Below the pieces are notes generated by a model. That model did not search any database and had not been told where the DNA came from. It worked only from the letters and a program-made list of their open reading frames with translations. The position numbers were made by a program, and so were the translations under genes. Below are positions 26,767 to 40,400 of a stretch of DNA of 64,000 bases, in pieces. The stretch is from Raja brachyura (taxonomy: Eukaryota): contig OY740809.1 of assembly GCA_963514005.1 (NCBI GenBank), positions 17,298,001 through 17,362,000 on the forward strand, in the 5' to 3' direction. Each line of letters starts with the position of its first letter. The stretch's first letter is position 1.

Positions 26767-27029
26767 TAGATGAGCTTAGGGTCTTTACAACCAAAGGGAT
26801 AACTGTAATTAGAGTCCCCAATAACTGTAATCGGAGAAGGGCACATTTGAGGGGCACTTTGGTATTGGAGAATTGTATGATTAGAGGAAGTTACAAAGAT
26901 AGCAAAGGATATGAAGACATTTGAAAAAAGGCAAGAACATTTTAAAATTAAGGGACTGCTGCAGGAGGAGTCAATGCCTCATCAGCCTGATAAATGAACA
27001 AGATGATTGTTCATTTATCTGCCAAAATG

Positions 27030-27740
27030 AACAACCTCCAACGTGATCCAACCACTGGCCACATCTTCCCATCTCCTCCCCTTTCTGCTTTCTGCAGAGA
27101 CCACTCCCTCTGTAACTCCCTGGCCAATTTGTCCCTTCCCACCCGAACCACCCCCTCTCCGGGCACTTTCCCTTGCAACCGCAAGAAATGCTACACTTGT
27201 CGCTTTACCTCTCCCCTGGGCTCAATTCAAAGACCCAAGCAGTCTTTCCAGGTGCAGCAGAGGTTCACCTGCACCTCCTCCAACCTCATCTATTGCATCC
27301 GCTGCTCTAGATGTCAGCTGAGACCAAGCGTAGGCTTGGCGATCGTTTCGCTGAACACCTCCGCACGGTTCGCATTAACCTACCTGATCTCCCGGTGGCT
27401 CAGCACTTCAACTCCCCCTCCCATTCAAAATCCAACCTTTCTGTCCTGGGCCTCCTCCATGGCCAGAGTGACGACCACCATAAATTGCAGGAGCAGCACC
27501 TCATATTTCGCTTGGGCAGTCTGCATCCCAGCGGTATGAACATTGACTTCTCTAATTTCAGATAGTCCCTACTTTCTCCTCCCCTTCTCAACTCTCCCTC
27601 AGCCCACTGGCTCCTCCTCTTCCCGCCCCCCACCCTCACATCAGTCTGAAGAAGGGTTTCAACCCAAAACGGTGCCTATTTTCTTTGCTCCACAGATGCT
27701 GCCTCACCCGCTGAGTTTCTCCAGCATTTTTGTCTACCCA
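27030..27740 (+). mobile_element. Penelope-like element 3' fragment (GIY-YIG endonuclease plus terminal repeat)
   Basis: FTCTSSNLIYCIRC.RC...ETKRRLGDRFAEH...PVAQHFNS...EQHLIFRLG.L.P.GMNIDFS. Confidence 0.9.
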
Positions 27741-27884
27741 AGATGATCGAAAGTTTATTCTGTGAAGAAAATGCTAGGGACAGCCAGCCAAGAAAGTACT
27801 GGAATGGTCAAGTTAAGAAGTTGTAAAGATAGGGATGAGGATTTAAGCCAGAGACAACTCGAGCCAGCTAATGAGTGGGGAACT

Positions 27885-28155
27885 GCCCCGCAAAGAGTGG
27901 CTCAGCCTGAACCCGCTCCGTACAGGGGTCGGCAGTTCAACGTCAACATGCATTGCAGGGGGCTGCGTTCATCAGTAGCCTGCATGTGTGGAGCAGACCA
28001 GCAAACAACGCAGCACATCATTTTCGACTGCGCTGTCCTCTGCCTCCCTGGTGGAGGGGTAGACCTCAAGGCCCTCGGCAACAGCACATTGAACTGGCTA
28101 CAGTGCCAGGAGGGCGTTACATAACCTCTGCTGACTCAAACGCAAGAAGAAGATG
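27885..28155 (+). mobile_element. RTE-X-like LINE 3' fragment
   Basis: R.RTGVG...C.CGA.QQT.QHI.F.C zinc knuckle; tail acgcaagaagaaga. Confidence 0.6.
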
Positions 28156-28254
28156 AGTGGGGTTTCCTTAAATGGGTGGAAGCAGGATTGAGTAGAGTGC
28201 CTGCATGATCAGATAAGGTTACCCAGGTTCAAAGATAGCACAGAGATTATGAGC

Positions 28255-28725
28255 AGCTAATTCCAGCCACAGATAAGGACACAACTGTAGCATAACATCT
28301 CAACGTCTATACTTAATACCCTGATCGATGAAGGGCAATGTACTAAAAACCTTTTGATTAGCCTATCTACCTGTGATGGCGCTTTCAGGGAACCAGGTAC
28401 CTGCACTCCTTGAACCCTCTGCTCCACAACACTTCCCGGTGCCCTACTATTCACCGTGAAGGTGCTGCCCTGGTTAGACTTCCCAAATGCAACATCTTGC
28501 GCATATCTACATCAAACTCCAATAGCCATTCATCAGCCCACTTGCCCAGCTGATCAAGATCCCGCTGCAATTTCTGAAAACTATCTTCACCATCCATGAA
28601 ACCACCCACTTTAGTGTCATGCAAACTTACTGGTCATACCTTGTACATTCTCATGCAAATCATTGATAAACAACAAACAGTAATGCACCCGACACCGCTC
28701 CATGAGGCACACCACTAGTCAGGTG
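28255..28725 (-). mobile_element. CR1 RT fragment
   Basis: Degenerate KFADD / KC..LHFG region on the minus strand. Confidence 0.75.
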
Positions 28726-29471
28726 AATCAGCTGCGACCAGTATATATCTATAATGGTTAAACCTCATCTGTTATGTGTGAATCCATTGTAAATTCCGGA
28801 CACATGATTAAGTTATAAATTAATGACATTATGGCTCTATTTTGTTTTGCTACATATCAAGATGAAATAATCCATCCAGCAACAGCCTAAACTTCCATTC
28901 CCTTAACCCTCGGCGCACTATGGCCATTGCATGCAGTGCAGACTTTCACTTTACTCCCCAAATTGTAATCAGCACCTGGAAGTATGATGGTAGCAAGCAA
29001 TTGGGCTTCCGCCTCTCCCACAGCCTTCACAAACCACATCATCACCAGGTCAAAATCCTGAAAGTCTCCACACAAGAATAGTGTCAACACATGGACCACA
29101 TTCAACCTTTGTGCAGTTGGAAATGGATTCAGTGGTGCCATAAACAGTTCATCTCTGAGGTTGCCACTGAAGCATATGCGAGGCAGAGGCAAGAGAACCC
29201 CACTCTGCTAAAACCAGCCTATAACTCAGGATGATCATGAGAGGTGCTGCATTCCTGAAATAGAAGATAATTCCTGGTCACATCCTGGAGACTTATGCTC
29301 TGCAATATAATGGGGCCAAAAATCTTTAAATGTAAAGTACTTTTATAAAATCTTGCCTGATTGTCAGTTTAAGTTGTCGGTGAAATATAAGTAAAAACAG
29401 ACAGAAGTGAGACAGGCATTGAAAAAAAAATGCATTTGTTAAATAGCAAACCTTTTGTCTACTCAAATAAC

Positions 29472-30005
29472 CTTGGGTTACAAGTACGAAATTCGAAAAT
29501 ATAGAAGTGCAATATTTTGCATTATTCCTTCCACAATAATCCTAAACAAAATATTCAACGAATAAAACTCCTAATCAGAAATCCAAAGTGATCTTCAAAC
29601 TAGGTCTGTGTTCCAGACATTCTCTCATTTACACTTAACAATTACCATATTTTAGTAATAAGTTACTTAGCTTGTGAAATCTATGCATTAAAGATGTTGC
29701 TACGTTATTGTATTTTGTGTACTTGGAACAGCAATTGTTTTGCAGAAATTAGTCACCCTTTTATCACTAGTAACTGTCTATAGTCAGCCATCTTGGAGGT
29801 GTCAACCATTTTGTTCACTGATATTTTCAATTTCCCTGCATATTTTCCCACTTGCCTTTTGCTTTCTTCTGCAAGAATGTGAGAGTGGCTCTGGTAACCA
29901 TAACTATTGTACTTTTAACATAGTTCTTGACCAGCATTAATTTTATTTACTTTCCACTGGTATTTTATATTCTCAGCGATCATATTTCCTTCTTTTGCCA
30001 AGTAC
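29472..30005 (-). pseudogene. CATSPERE-like pseudo-exon remnants (GTW region)
   Basis: Acceptor gtttttctcaag|GTACTTGG completes G-T-W with the phase-1 G of the previous exon. A second acceptor ttttgtttag| at 29541 is followed by IIVEG../..CTSIFSNFVLV. Many stops. Confidence 0.35.
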
Positions 30006-30086
30006 CTTGAGAAAAACACTTTCAATGCTATACTTCAGAAACCAAGGTCAATTTGCATATGCATGAGAATAATACCACACAATGCC

Positions 30087-33000
30087 TGTAATGTATTCAT
30101 ACATATTCATGTATATGTTAATGAGTTGGTGTTCAATATAAGTAGAGAATGTTGGGTAATAAATCTCTCTCTCGTGATCCAGGCAACCTGCATGTAAGTT
30201 GTTATTCATTCTGCTGTCCGGAATTTAACAAAATTGGCGACGAGGATGGGATAGAGTTTGTGAACTCATCCTTTAAATATACGACTGTTTTGCAACATGC
30301 AGTATTGTTTAACATTTTAAACAGTAAATACGGAGTTGTGTCGCAGTTGTTTGCGAGCTGGACATGATAGGCCTAAGATCCTTCTATGCATGAGGACTGT
30401 AGTTTAAAACAGCAGCTATACAAATCATCGAGAGTTTGTCAGGTGATCATATGTTGTGGCAAGATGCTGTCCTTGGGATTAAATACTTTTTTTTTGTCGA
30501 GTTCCTCAAGCTGAATAGCTTTTGTACAGCTAAGTTTTAGCTGAATTGTTACACAGATTTGTTTGTGGTCTAGTGGATGAACGAATTCAGTCCAAACTCA
30601 TGAACACTCCGGATCTTACATTTGAGAAAGCATGCAAGATTGCTACCACAATGGAGATGGCATGAAAGAATGCTTGCGAGTTTCATCCACCACAGACTGC
30701 AGTGGCCGTTTACAGTCATAAGGCGGTGCCTATGGCCAAATCAAGGGGCGCTAAAACAAAACCAAAGTATGGCGGGGAGCTGAGTTCAGCCAGTTGTTAT
30801 CGTTGCAACTGGCTGAATCACTCATCCCAATTTTGTCAGTTCAAAATGGCCAAGTGCTATAACTGCTATAACTGCCAGAAGAAAGGCCATGTTGGGCCAA
30901 GCTTAAAACAGGAAACCAACAATCTGCAGGAAACAAGCAACAACACCAGAGAGGAGTTCACAACTTGGAGGTGAACCCAGGTGTAAATTAACTTGGGTTG
31001 TACACCATTTATGCAACCAACATCGATAAGCCTACTACCAGCCAAGGCAAGGACTTTTGAACGAAACTATTGATTAATGAACAGTTAATCGATATGTGTA
31101 TTGACATGGCAGCAGATTGTTTGGTCATGAGCAAAGACCTGCACGAGACAAAGTTCCCACAGACACCATTGTTTGAGAGTAAGGTCAAGCTGAAAATCTA
31201 TTCGGGCGAAGTTTTGGAGACAAGCGGAAAAATGAACTGTAAAGTTCAGCATAATGGTCAGTCAGTAACATTGCCCATCATAGCCTTGTCCACTACGATA
31301 CAACACGCGAGATGAAACTTGCCTGTGATGCTTCAAGTTATGGTGTAGGTGCAATGATCTCACACATAATGAATGACGGACAGGAAAAGCTTACTGCTTT
31401 TGCATCCCGCACCTGCAATTATGCACAGATAGAAAAGGAAGCACTCAACGTCATGTTCGGAATCAAGAAATTCCATCAGTTTCTTCTCGACAGACAATTC
31501 ATCCTAGTGACTGATCACAAGCCACTACAAGTGATACTTGGTTCCAAGTCAGCTATACCTTCCATGGCAGCATCAAGGATGCAGCGCTGGGCAATTTTAC
31601 TGTCCCAGTATGACTATAAGATTGAGTATAGAAGCTCCAAGTTCAACGCAGTTGCAGATGCACTGTCCCGGTTGCGCCATGAGAACTCTGACTTGGGAAG
31701 TGAGAACTCAATCTACACGCTGCATGTTGTAGATGAAGATTTTCCAGTGACTGCAACAGAAATTGCAGCAGAAACAGAGAAAGACAATGTGCTGAAGTGG
31801 GTCTATGAACAGACATTGAACGGTTGGACTAAAATAGATAGTGGATTGAACTGAGTTCTGAACTCAGAGCTGAAGCCTTTCCATAATCAACGCCATGAAT
31901 TATCATGTGAGGAGGGGTGCATTAAGTGGGGTTTCAGAGTGGTTGTACCAGAGTTTTTGAAAAACAAAATTATGAATGAACGTCATGCCGAATATCCTGA
32001 CATAGTAAGCATGCAGTCAATTGCCAGAATTTTTGTGTATTGGCCTGGTATCGACAGTGACATCGAGTCACTGGCGAGCAAATGTAGCGTCTGCCAAAAT
32101 TGCCGGAGTAAACCACCAAAAACACCACTACAACCCTGGTCATGGCCAAGTAGGCCTTTTCAGAGAGTTCATGTAGATTTTTGTGAAAAGGGTAATGATC
32201 ACTTTCTGGTACTCGTAGATAGTCATTCCAAATGGATTGAGGTTTAGCATATGGGGTCAAACACTACTACTAAATGTACCATAGATGAGTTGAGATACAT
32301 TTTTGCATGCCATGGTTTACCGGAAGAACTTGTTTCTGATAACGGGCCTCAGTTTCGTTCAGAACGGTTCAAAGAGTTCATGCAGCGGAATAGTGTATAA
32401 CACACACTTGTTCCCCCATACCATCCAGCCTCCAATAGGGCGGCAGAAAGATCTGTTAGAGTTATCAAAGATGCTCTCAAGAAACAGGGTTTGCAGGGTA
32501 GTTCAAAGCTCAGCATGAAACATCGTTTGGCTAGTTTCTTGCTGAAGTACAGAACCACACAACACACAACAACAGGTTACTCACCTGAACTGTGATAAAG
32601 AGAAGGCTAAGAATACGCCTAAGTCTAGATCAACCCAATTTGGCCTTGAGAGTTGAGCAAAAACAGTTGTCAAAAACGACATTTTGTCTCCCACAAAAAG
32701 GAGAGGTACTTCAAGCCAGATGAGCAGGTTTGTGTTCTCAGTCCTCCCAACAAGTCCAGTCGAGACAAATGGCATGTTGGGAAAATAGTGGAAGTGTTTG
32801 GAACAAAAATATACTTAGTTGAAGTTGGAGATAGAATCAAAAGCGTTCATGTTGATCAAATGATTCCAGACAAAGATGAACCAAAAACTGAGCATGAAGT
32901 CCTAATCCTTGAGGTTTTTATCTGAAAGTGAGTTGGAAGAGACCACTGTGATTGAAACACAAAGTTCAGTTAGTACAGACAAAGAAACAGATTCCTCTGG

Positions 33001-36000
33001 TCAAAGTTAGGGTACTAAAACAGAGCCAAACATGCCGACAGTTGAGTCTCCACCTAAACCTGTTACATCTGTTATTGTTAGACGATCAGGCAGGATCCGT
33101 AAACCAGTAGTCAGGTTAGGTTTGTAAGTTAAATAAATCATTGCACAAGTAAAACAAAAATGTGTAGATATGTAAAATAAATATATTATGCTGACCGGAG
33201 GGAATAGACCCCACCGGGGCTGGCATGGGCTAGCTCCTCATGCCAGCAGGATCCATCGCTTATCAGCGTTTTGGATCCACCCACATATTGCTACTAAAAA
33301 GACAAAACAAAGAATACCCCTTGATTCTGCGAGAGCGGGGTCGGAAGATGACTCATCGACAGACCACACGGCAACAGACCTAGGAACGGAATCGACTATG
33401 AGTATTACTAGCACAGCAATTGACAAAGCAGCAGCACCGGCAGGACATAAGTTACGAAGTTGTATCTGTGGCTTGGAAAAGTTAATATCAGAGAAGGGTC
33501 TCATGATCCATTAGGGCAGGAAAAAGTGCCTGAGAGAGCTTGGTGTGGGGCCTCGCATTGACCATTACTTTCTAAAAGGTAGACCAAATCAGTCGAGTGA
33601 AGCCCAGTGGCAGGATAACCACCACAGTCCACAGGGTATCACCACCCCAGGCGAAGCTCAACTAGGTACAGTGCCACCAATGGACACGAGTCCAGAGCCC
33701 AACCAGCCACAGTCAGCGGTAGAAAGAAAAATGGAAGGGAAAAAGCCTCAAATCTTGTGGCCTAAATCCTGCCAGAGGAAAGAGTGGGAGACCGTTAACG
33801 CTGACCTCATCCATCTTCTGGAAGGATTGAAGGGATGTGTGGAAAGAAAACTGGAGAAGATGGGAGACACCATATACAACTATGGGGCGGAGAGATTTGG
33901 GGTGAAGGTCGTGAAACAGAGGACACAGACGGAACCAGCTCTCCAGTACAAGTCCAGGAGGCAGCAGGAGATCAAAAGACTGGTGAAAGAAAGGAGGCAG
34001 CTGAGAAAACAGTGGAGGAAGGTTACAGAGGCAGAAAGGAAAGGATTTGAGGCACTGCAGGCAGAAATAAAGCAGCGCCTGGCAATCCTGCGAAGAGCAG
34101 AATGCCTGAGAAAGCAACACAAGAAGAATGAACGGGTGCGGACAAGTTTCCACAGAGATCCGTATAAGTTTGTCAAAAGCCTCTTTGTCAAGGAGAAGAA
34201 CGGGATCCTGAGAGTACCTGTAAGGGAACTGGAGGAGCGCCTGAGGAAGACGTACTCTGACAACCTGAGGCATGAGGCAGTCACCATTCCAGATGACATG
34301 CCACCTATCCACCCACCTGAGCACCAGATGTACATAAGGCCTCTTATATGGAAGGAGGTGGAGAACACAGTCAAACGGGCAAGAACAGCATCGGCCCCAG
34401 GGCCCAATGGCATTCCATACAGGCTCTATAAGAACACCCCTGGTGCCCTGAAATACCTTTGGAAGTTAATGAAAGTGGCATGGGGAAAAGGAATCATACC
34501 TAAGGCATGGCGAAGGGCAGGTGGGATCTTAATTCCCAAAGAAAAGAACTCCTCAACCATTAGCCAATTCTGCCAGATCAGCCTTCTGAACGTGGAAGGA
34601 AAGATCTTCTTTGGTGGTATGGACCAAAGACTCTCAACATTTTTGCAGAGCAACAACTTCATTGACACGTCAGTGCAGAAAGCAGGGGTACGTGGTTTCT
34701 CAGGATGTCTGGAACATGCAAACATCATCTGGCACCAGATACAAACTGTCAAGAAGGAAAAGAGAGATCTGCATGTGGTTTTCTTAGATCTAGCCAATGC
34801 CTTTGGTTCAGTGCCCCATGAGACTCTTTGGGCAGCTTTTAATTTCTTCCAGGTCCCAGAGGTCATCACAAAGCTGGTAAAAGCTTACTTCCAGGACCTC
34901 CAGTTCTGCGTCACAACACAGGACAACACCACCACCTGGCAGCACCTTGAGGTAGGCATAATGGCAGGCTGTACCATTTCTCCTCAGGTTTTCACCATGG
35001 CAATGGAGCTCATCATTCGAGCATCATGATGGGTGGTCGGATGGGAACGCTTGAAGAGTGGGCTGCGTCTTCCACCAATCAGGGTGTACATGGATGACAT
35101 GACCACAATAACAACAACAAAAGTATGCACCAAACGCCTGCTGGATAAACTCCAGGAAAACATCAAATGGGCACGAATGGAGATTAAACCCAGCAAATCC
35201 TGCAGTGTTTCCATCGTCAAAGGCCGGCTCACTGACGAAAGGTTCCGTATCAATAACGAGACAATACCAACTGTCCTGGAGAAGCCTGTCAAATGCCTCG
35301 GGCGATGGTACACGGCATACCTCAATGATGCAGTGCAGGTGGAACAACTCAGGCAGGATACAATCAGTGGCCTCAAGCAAATCAACAATACTGCTCTCCA
35401 GGGAAGCTGAAGCTTTGGTGCCTGCAATTCGATCTACTGCCCCGACTCATGTGGCCAATTACCATCCACGAGGTCACTTTATCCCATGCCAACCAGCTGG
35501 AGAGACTAGTGAACTCACAAGTGAGGAAGTGGCTTGAGCTACCGAGATGTCTCAGCAGCATAGGGCTCTATGGGAATGGAGCCCTCTCACTGCCAATCTC
35601 AAGCTTAGTGGAGGAGTACAAATGTGCCAAAGTGAGGCTGGACATGACACTAACAGAATCCCGGGACCCAATAATAAGAGGTGTCGCTCCAACCCTAGCA
35701 ACAGGGAGGAAATGGACTCCAGCAGCAGTGGTACTGGACGCAAAATCCGCCCTCCAACACCGGGACATAGTGGGCCATGTCCAACAAGGCCGAGGGGGCT
35801 TTGGCCTGGGAGCAATGAAACCTACCTGGCAAAAGGCTACTCCAGCTGAACATCGCCACCTGGTGGTGGAGGAGGTGCGCCACCAGGAAGAAGCAGCCAG
35901 GTGTGCCAAAGCCATATCCCAAGCCAAACAAGGCCACTGGATGACGTGGGATGGCGTTGAGAGGAGGAAGATCACATGGAGAGAGCTGTGGACCATGGAG

Positions 36001-37114
36001 TCAAATAAGTTGAGCTTCATTATCAGAGCCACATATGACGTCCTTCCCTCTCCCACAAACCTAAATCTTTGGCTGGGAGAGGATCCAGCCTCCCCGTGTG
36101 CAGTTCCAGCAAACCTCAAGCACATCCTGGTCGGTTGTAAGACCAGCCTAACACAAGGCAGATACACCTGGCGACACAACCAGGTGCTGAGGTGTTTGGC
36201 AGCTGAACTCGAGTGCAAGAGAGTTACCACCAACGCCATGCCTATCAATGCCCAGATACCATTCCTGCAAATACCATCCTTCATCCGGGAAGGAGAGAAA
36301 TGGAGGACTAACCTCTCGCCTCTCAACTCATGCCCACTGAACGCAGCCAGGGACTGGGAAATGCGTGTTGACCTAGGCCAGAGGCTTTCGTTCCCAGTTG
36401 AAATCGCAGTTACCAACCTGCGACCAGACCTCGTTCTCTGGTCCAACTCCTGTCGGCGTGTTTTCATCATTGAGCTGACGGTCCCATGAGAGGAGGCTGT
36501 GGACGAGGCTTATGAAAGGAAAAAGCTTCGATATTCAAACCTTGCAGCAGAGGCAGAGGAGAGAGGTTGGAGGGTAAGGTTGTGACCATTGGAGGTGGGG
36601 TGCAGGGACTTTGTAGCCAGTTCCACCGCAAGGCTCCTGAGGGAAGTAGGAGTCAAAGGGTAGGCACAAAGGAGGGCATAAAAGAACTTGCCAATGCCGC
36701 TGAACGGAGCAGTCACTGGCTGTGGCTGAAGAGGAAAGATGCTGTCTGGGCTGCCACGTGACCATCTAGAGGCTAGCAATAAGACACACACCCAGGTCTG
36801 ATCAACCTGCGGTGGGCCTGCCTCGACTGAGGGTGTCCTGTGATAAAAGTGTCTTGTGATATTCATACATATTCATGTACATGTTAATGGGGTGGGAGAT
36901 TGCATCCTTCACGTGGTCCGCCCTGTTTCAACGAATGCAATCAACCCGGCGTGCACAATCAAATAAGATCAAATAGAACAAGTTGTCCTACAACTTTAGG
37001 CTGTGCACACCATACGCAAGACGAAGCAGGGAATGTTGGGTAATAAATCTCTCTCTCGTTATCCAGGCAACCAGCGTGTAAGTTGTTATTCATTGTGCCA
37101 TCCGGAATATAACA
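30087..37114 (+). mobile_element. Gypsy LTR retrotransposon, degenerate, RT deleted (LTRs 30087-30230 and 36855-37114)
   Basis: PBS tggcgacgagg at 30235; gag knuckles CYRC...H....C and CYNCQKKGH; protease IDMAAD; RNase H LACDASSYGVGA; integrase HVDF / SDNGPQF / SN.AAER. A ~130-bp short insertion sits in the 3' LTR. Confidence 0.9.
33186..36850 (+). mobile_element. Near full-length HERO-type (R2 group, RLE) non-LTR retrotransposon
   Basis: Single ORF with few lesions: N-terminal CICG...GL.IH.G.KKC finger; RT FLDLANAFGSVPH and YMDD; CCHC L.HIL.GC; RLE RPDLVLWS...IIELTVP*E. Confidence 0.9.
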
Positions 37115-37449
37115 ATACTTTTCCCGGTTTCCCTCAAAATCATGGACACATGTACCTGTACTCCTGGATTCTTCTGCTCCCCAACACTCCCAAGGGCCCT
37201 ACTGTTCACTATGAAGGCCCTGTTCTCATTTGACTTCCCAAAATGCAACATTTCACACTTGTTTGAATTAATGTCCATTTACCATTCCTCAGCCTGCTTA
37301 CCCAGCTGATCAAGATAACATTGTAACTCTTGATAAACACCTACACTATCTGTGTCACCTGCAAACTTACTAATCATGCCTTGTACATTCTCATCCAATT
37401 GTTGGTATAAATCACAAATAGCAATGGGCCCAGAACTAGTCACTGAGGT

Positions 37450-40400
37450 ACAGTGGCACTAACGTCTGTGGTGATGAAGTGCTTTGAGAGGTTGGTTATG
37501 GTGCACATCAATTCCTACCTCGACAAGTACCTCGACCAACTACAGTTCGCATACCGCCACAATAGGTCAACGGAGGATGCAATGCCACTGGCTCTCCACT
37601 CCGCACCTGGACCACTTGGGCAATAAAAACATCTATGTCAGGCTGTTGTTTATAGACTACAGCTCGGCGTTTAATACCATCATCCCCTCCAAGCTGGTTA
37701 CGTGAGGAGGTGTGGTGATTAGGAGCTCCCATCCAGAAACCAGAACTAGTGTTTTTTATCATCTTTATGGAATTCGGAGGAGACTCAGCGGTACTTTAAA
37801 CCTCTTTGTGTATCGCTGCAACTTGTTTTAAAGTTTTCTGCTTGTTTTGGGACTGCGAGAAGTCTTATCAATTGACTGCATAGCTCCCACTACGGTGACT
37901 GGCAACCTGCCAGGAAACTGTTTGCGAACCAAAAGAGGGAAGAAAAATCTTTCTGGATTTGTACAACTGCGGCCTGGTCTGGTTTTCGTGAGGTGTGGGA
38001 GGTTTTCTGCACCTGCACCGTCTCGACCTTCTTTTGCGGCCTTGGAGCTTGGAGCTGACGACGAAGCCTCCTTTCTTTCGGCAAGACCAAGAGAGATAAG
38101 AGGCTTCCAACAACAAGTCCCTTTCGTTGCTGTGGGAGTGGCGAAGAACAGCTGGGATTGCCTGCGAAGGTCAGAAGCTCGCCAGGAAACGCAGGAGAGC
38201 TGAGATAATCCGGCAAAGAGGTGGTGATGAGGCAGTTTTTCGGGGGAGCCACCATTATCAGCGTTTGAGGAGACACCACTTTGCCTCTCTCCCTCGATCT
38301 GTTCCATTTGATGTCTTTGTACTTGGCCTCGTGCCATTTGGACTGTCTGTGTCTCAGGCTTTGTGTAAGTGCTATGTTTTAAATTGTAGCGCCTGATACC
38401 ATGCTGGGTCAGCGTTCTGGGGGAGCGGGGCCTTCCAGGAGCTATGCAAAGGTGGCTGGTTCAGCTGCTTCGGCTGCTGCTGTGGGGGTCCGGTTCTCCA
38501 TGAGGAACCTGCCTTTCAAGCATGGAATAAGGTGCTACTTGCCCTCTCATATGAACCCGGAAGACTGCTCGGCAGTCGTGCTCGTGGCGGCCAAGCCCGC
38601 AAGCGTCCTGCACATGGGCAGGATGTTCGGGAAGGCCATGTTCTTCCTCGAGTCTGTTGAGGGGGTGAACGCAGCAGTGAGCAAAGGGATCTCAGTGGGG
38701 GGGAACAGTCTTGCTGGTCGAGCCCTTGGCGACCACAGCACAGCGGGTGGTCCTGCCTAACATACCGCCCTGCATCACAAATGAGGCCCTCCTTCCCCAC
38801 GTTCAAACCGTGGGGAAAGTACTCACGGCCATCACCCTGACATCCCAGGGGTTCCGTAGGAAGGAGTTGCGGCACGTTTTTTCCCTCCGGCACCAGCTGA
38901 CAATGTTGCTGGACCGGGAGGAGGTAGTTGACGGGTGCTTCTGTGTTCAGCAGGATGGGCGTGATTTCACCATCTACCGGACATCGAAGTGCCGAAGGTG
39001 CCATGCCTGTAAGGAAGTGGGGCATATTCTGAGGTATTGCCTCAAATCCCAGGCAGGGGCCTCCACCTCCAGTGCCACTAACCCCCCTCCCCCCCGCCCT
39101 GTAGTTGAGTCAGGGAACCCTGGGGTGGCACAGAGCGGGGTTGGGGGTGGGGTGGGTCAAACGAAGTGGGGCAAGGTGGCAAAGAAGGTGAAGCACCTGG
39201 AGAACCAAACCCCCAGGGCCAAGAATGATCCACCCATCCCGTCACCTCCCATTATGCAAGCCCCATAATCCAGCCGGGGGCGGTGGGGATCGGGCGGGAG
39301 GAGGGGGTTCCACAGAGGAAGGTTGCTCAGGTGACCCCAGAGTCTGTGAGCTCCTCTCCATCACAAAAACAGGAGGAGGAATCTCTCTAGGGAGGAGCAG
39401 AAGGGGGACGAACGGGAATCCTCCAGGGGGGAGGGGAGTACTGTGTTGGAGGATGGCTCCCGCCCTCTGGTTCGGGCCCCAGTCCCATGTTCTGGAGGGG
39501 ACTCTGGGGAGGGTGGCGATGGGGACCACTCGGTTGATATGGAGCAGGGGGAGATTCCTGTTGGGGGAGAAAGCCCAGGAGGAACCCACCCAGGACGAGG
39601 TGCAGAGAACGCCTCTGGAGGTAGAGACTGTAGGCGGGGAGAGGGTTGGGGAAACCAGCCGTTCTCTCCCTCAGGACCTGGCTCCAGAGGGACTCCCTGA
39701 GCTTGGTGATCCAGAGTCCACTCTGGGCCCAACTGGAGGAGGGATATTCGATGGTCTTGACTCCCCGGGTACATCTGGGGAAGGCCCCTCTGCCACTTGC
39801 CCCAGGTTGGGGACTGAGGTGGAGGAGAGACCAGCGGGTGAGGAAGAGGTAACCGCCGCCCCCGGTGAGGCAGGAGTATCGAGCACGAAGGGTGTGTCCG
39901 GGGACAACTTCCATCTGCAGTGAGCAGGTGGAAGGAGAGTCCTCGGACAATGAATCAATGGATGTTCTCGCTCCCCCCCGACGCCACTCCACTCATTCCA
40001 GTGCAGAAAATCCACAAGTTCATCCAGGCCACCGAAGGAGCCCAACATCGGCCCAGACTGGCCTCCCTCCAGTGGCCAAACCTCCACGGGCTCACCAGCT
40101 CGCTGAACCATATCCTCAGAAGGAGGGCGAGGGACAAGGGGGTGAAGGGGAACGACTGGCATCAGCTCAGGTCCTTCTTGGACGACCTGGAGAAGGACAC
40201 CAAGAACAAGAGCAGAGCCATTCCTGTTGAGGGTAGAGAGACCAGTAGAGCGTCCCTTGTAGCCAGGGTCCGGAGGGCAAGGAGCACAGCCATGCAAGAG
40301 GCGGAGTGGCTCTGCTGTCAGTGACCGAAGGGCCAGTGATGGGATCCAGGGAGTAGGCAGGACTGAGATGTCCTGGTTGGGTTGCTCCTAGGCCTGGCCA

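Noticed and set aside
28887-29192. 101-aa minus-strand ORF
   Set aside because: Non-ATG start, no convincing splice sites or homology.
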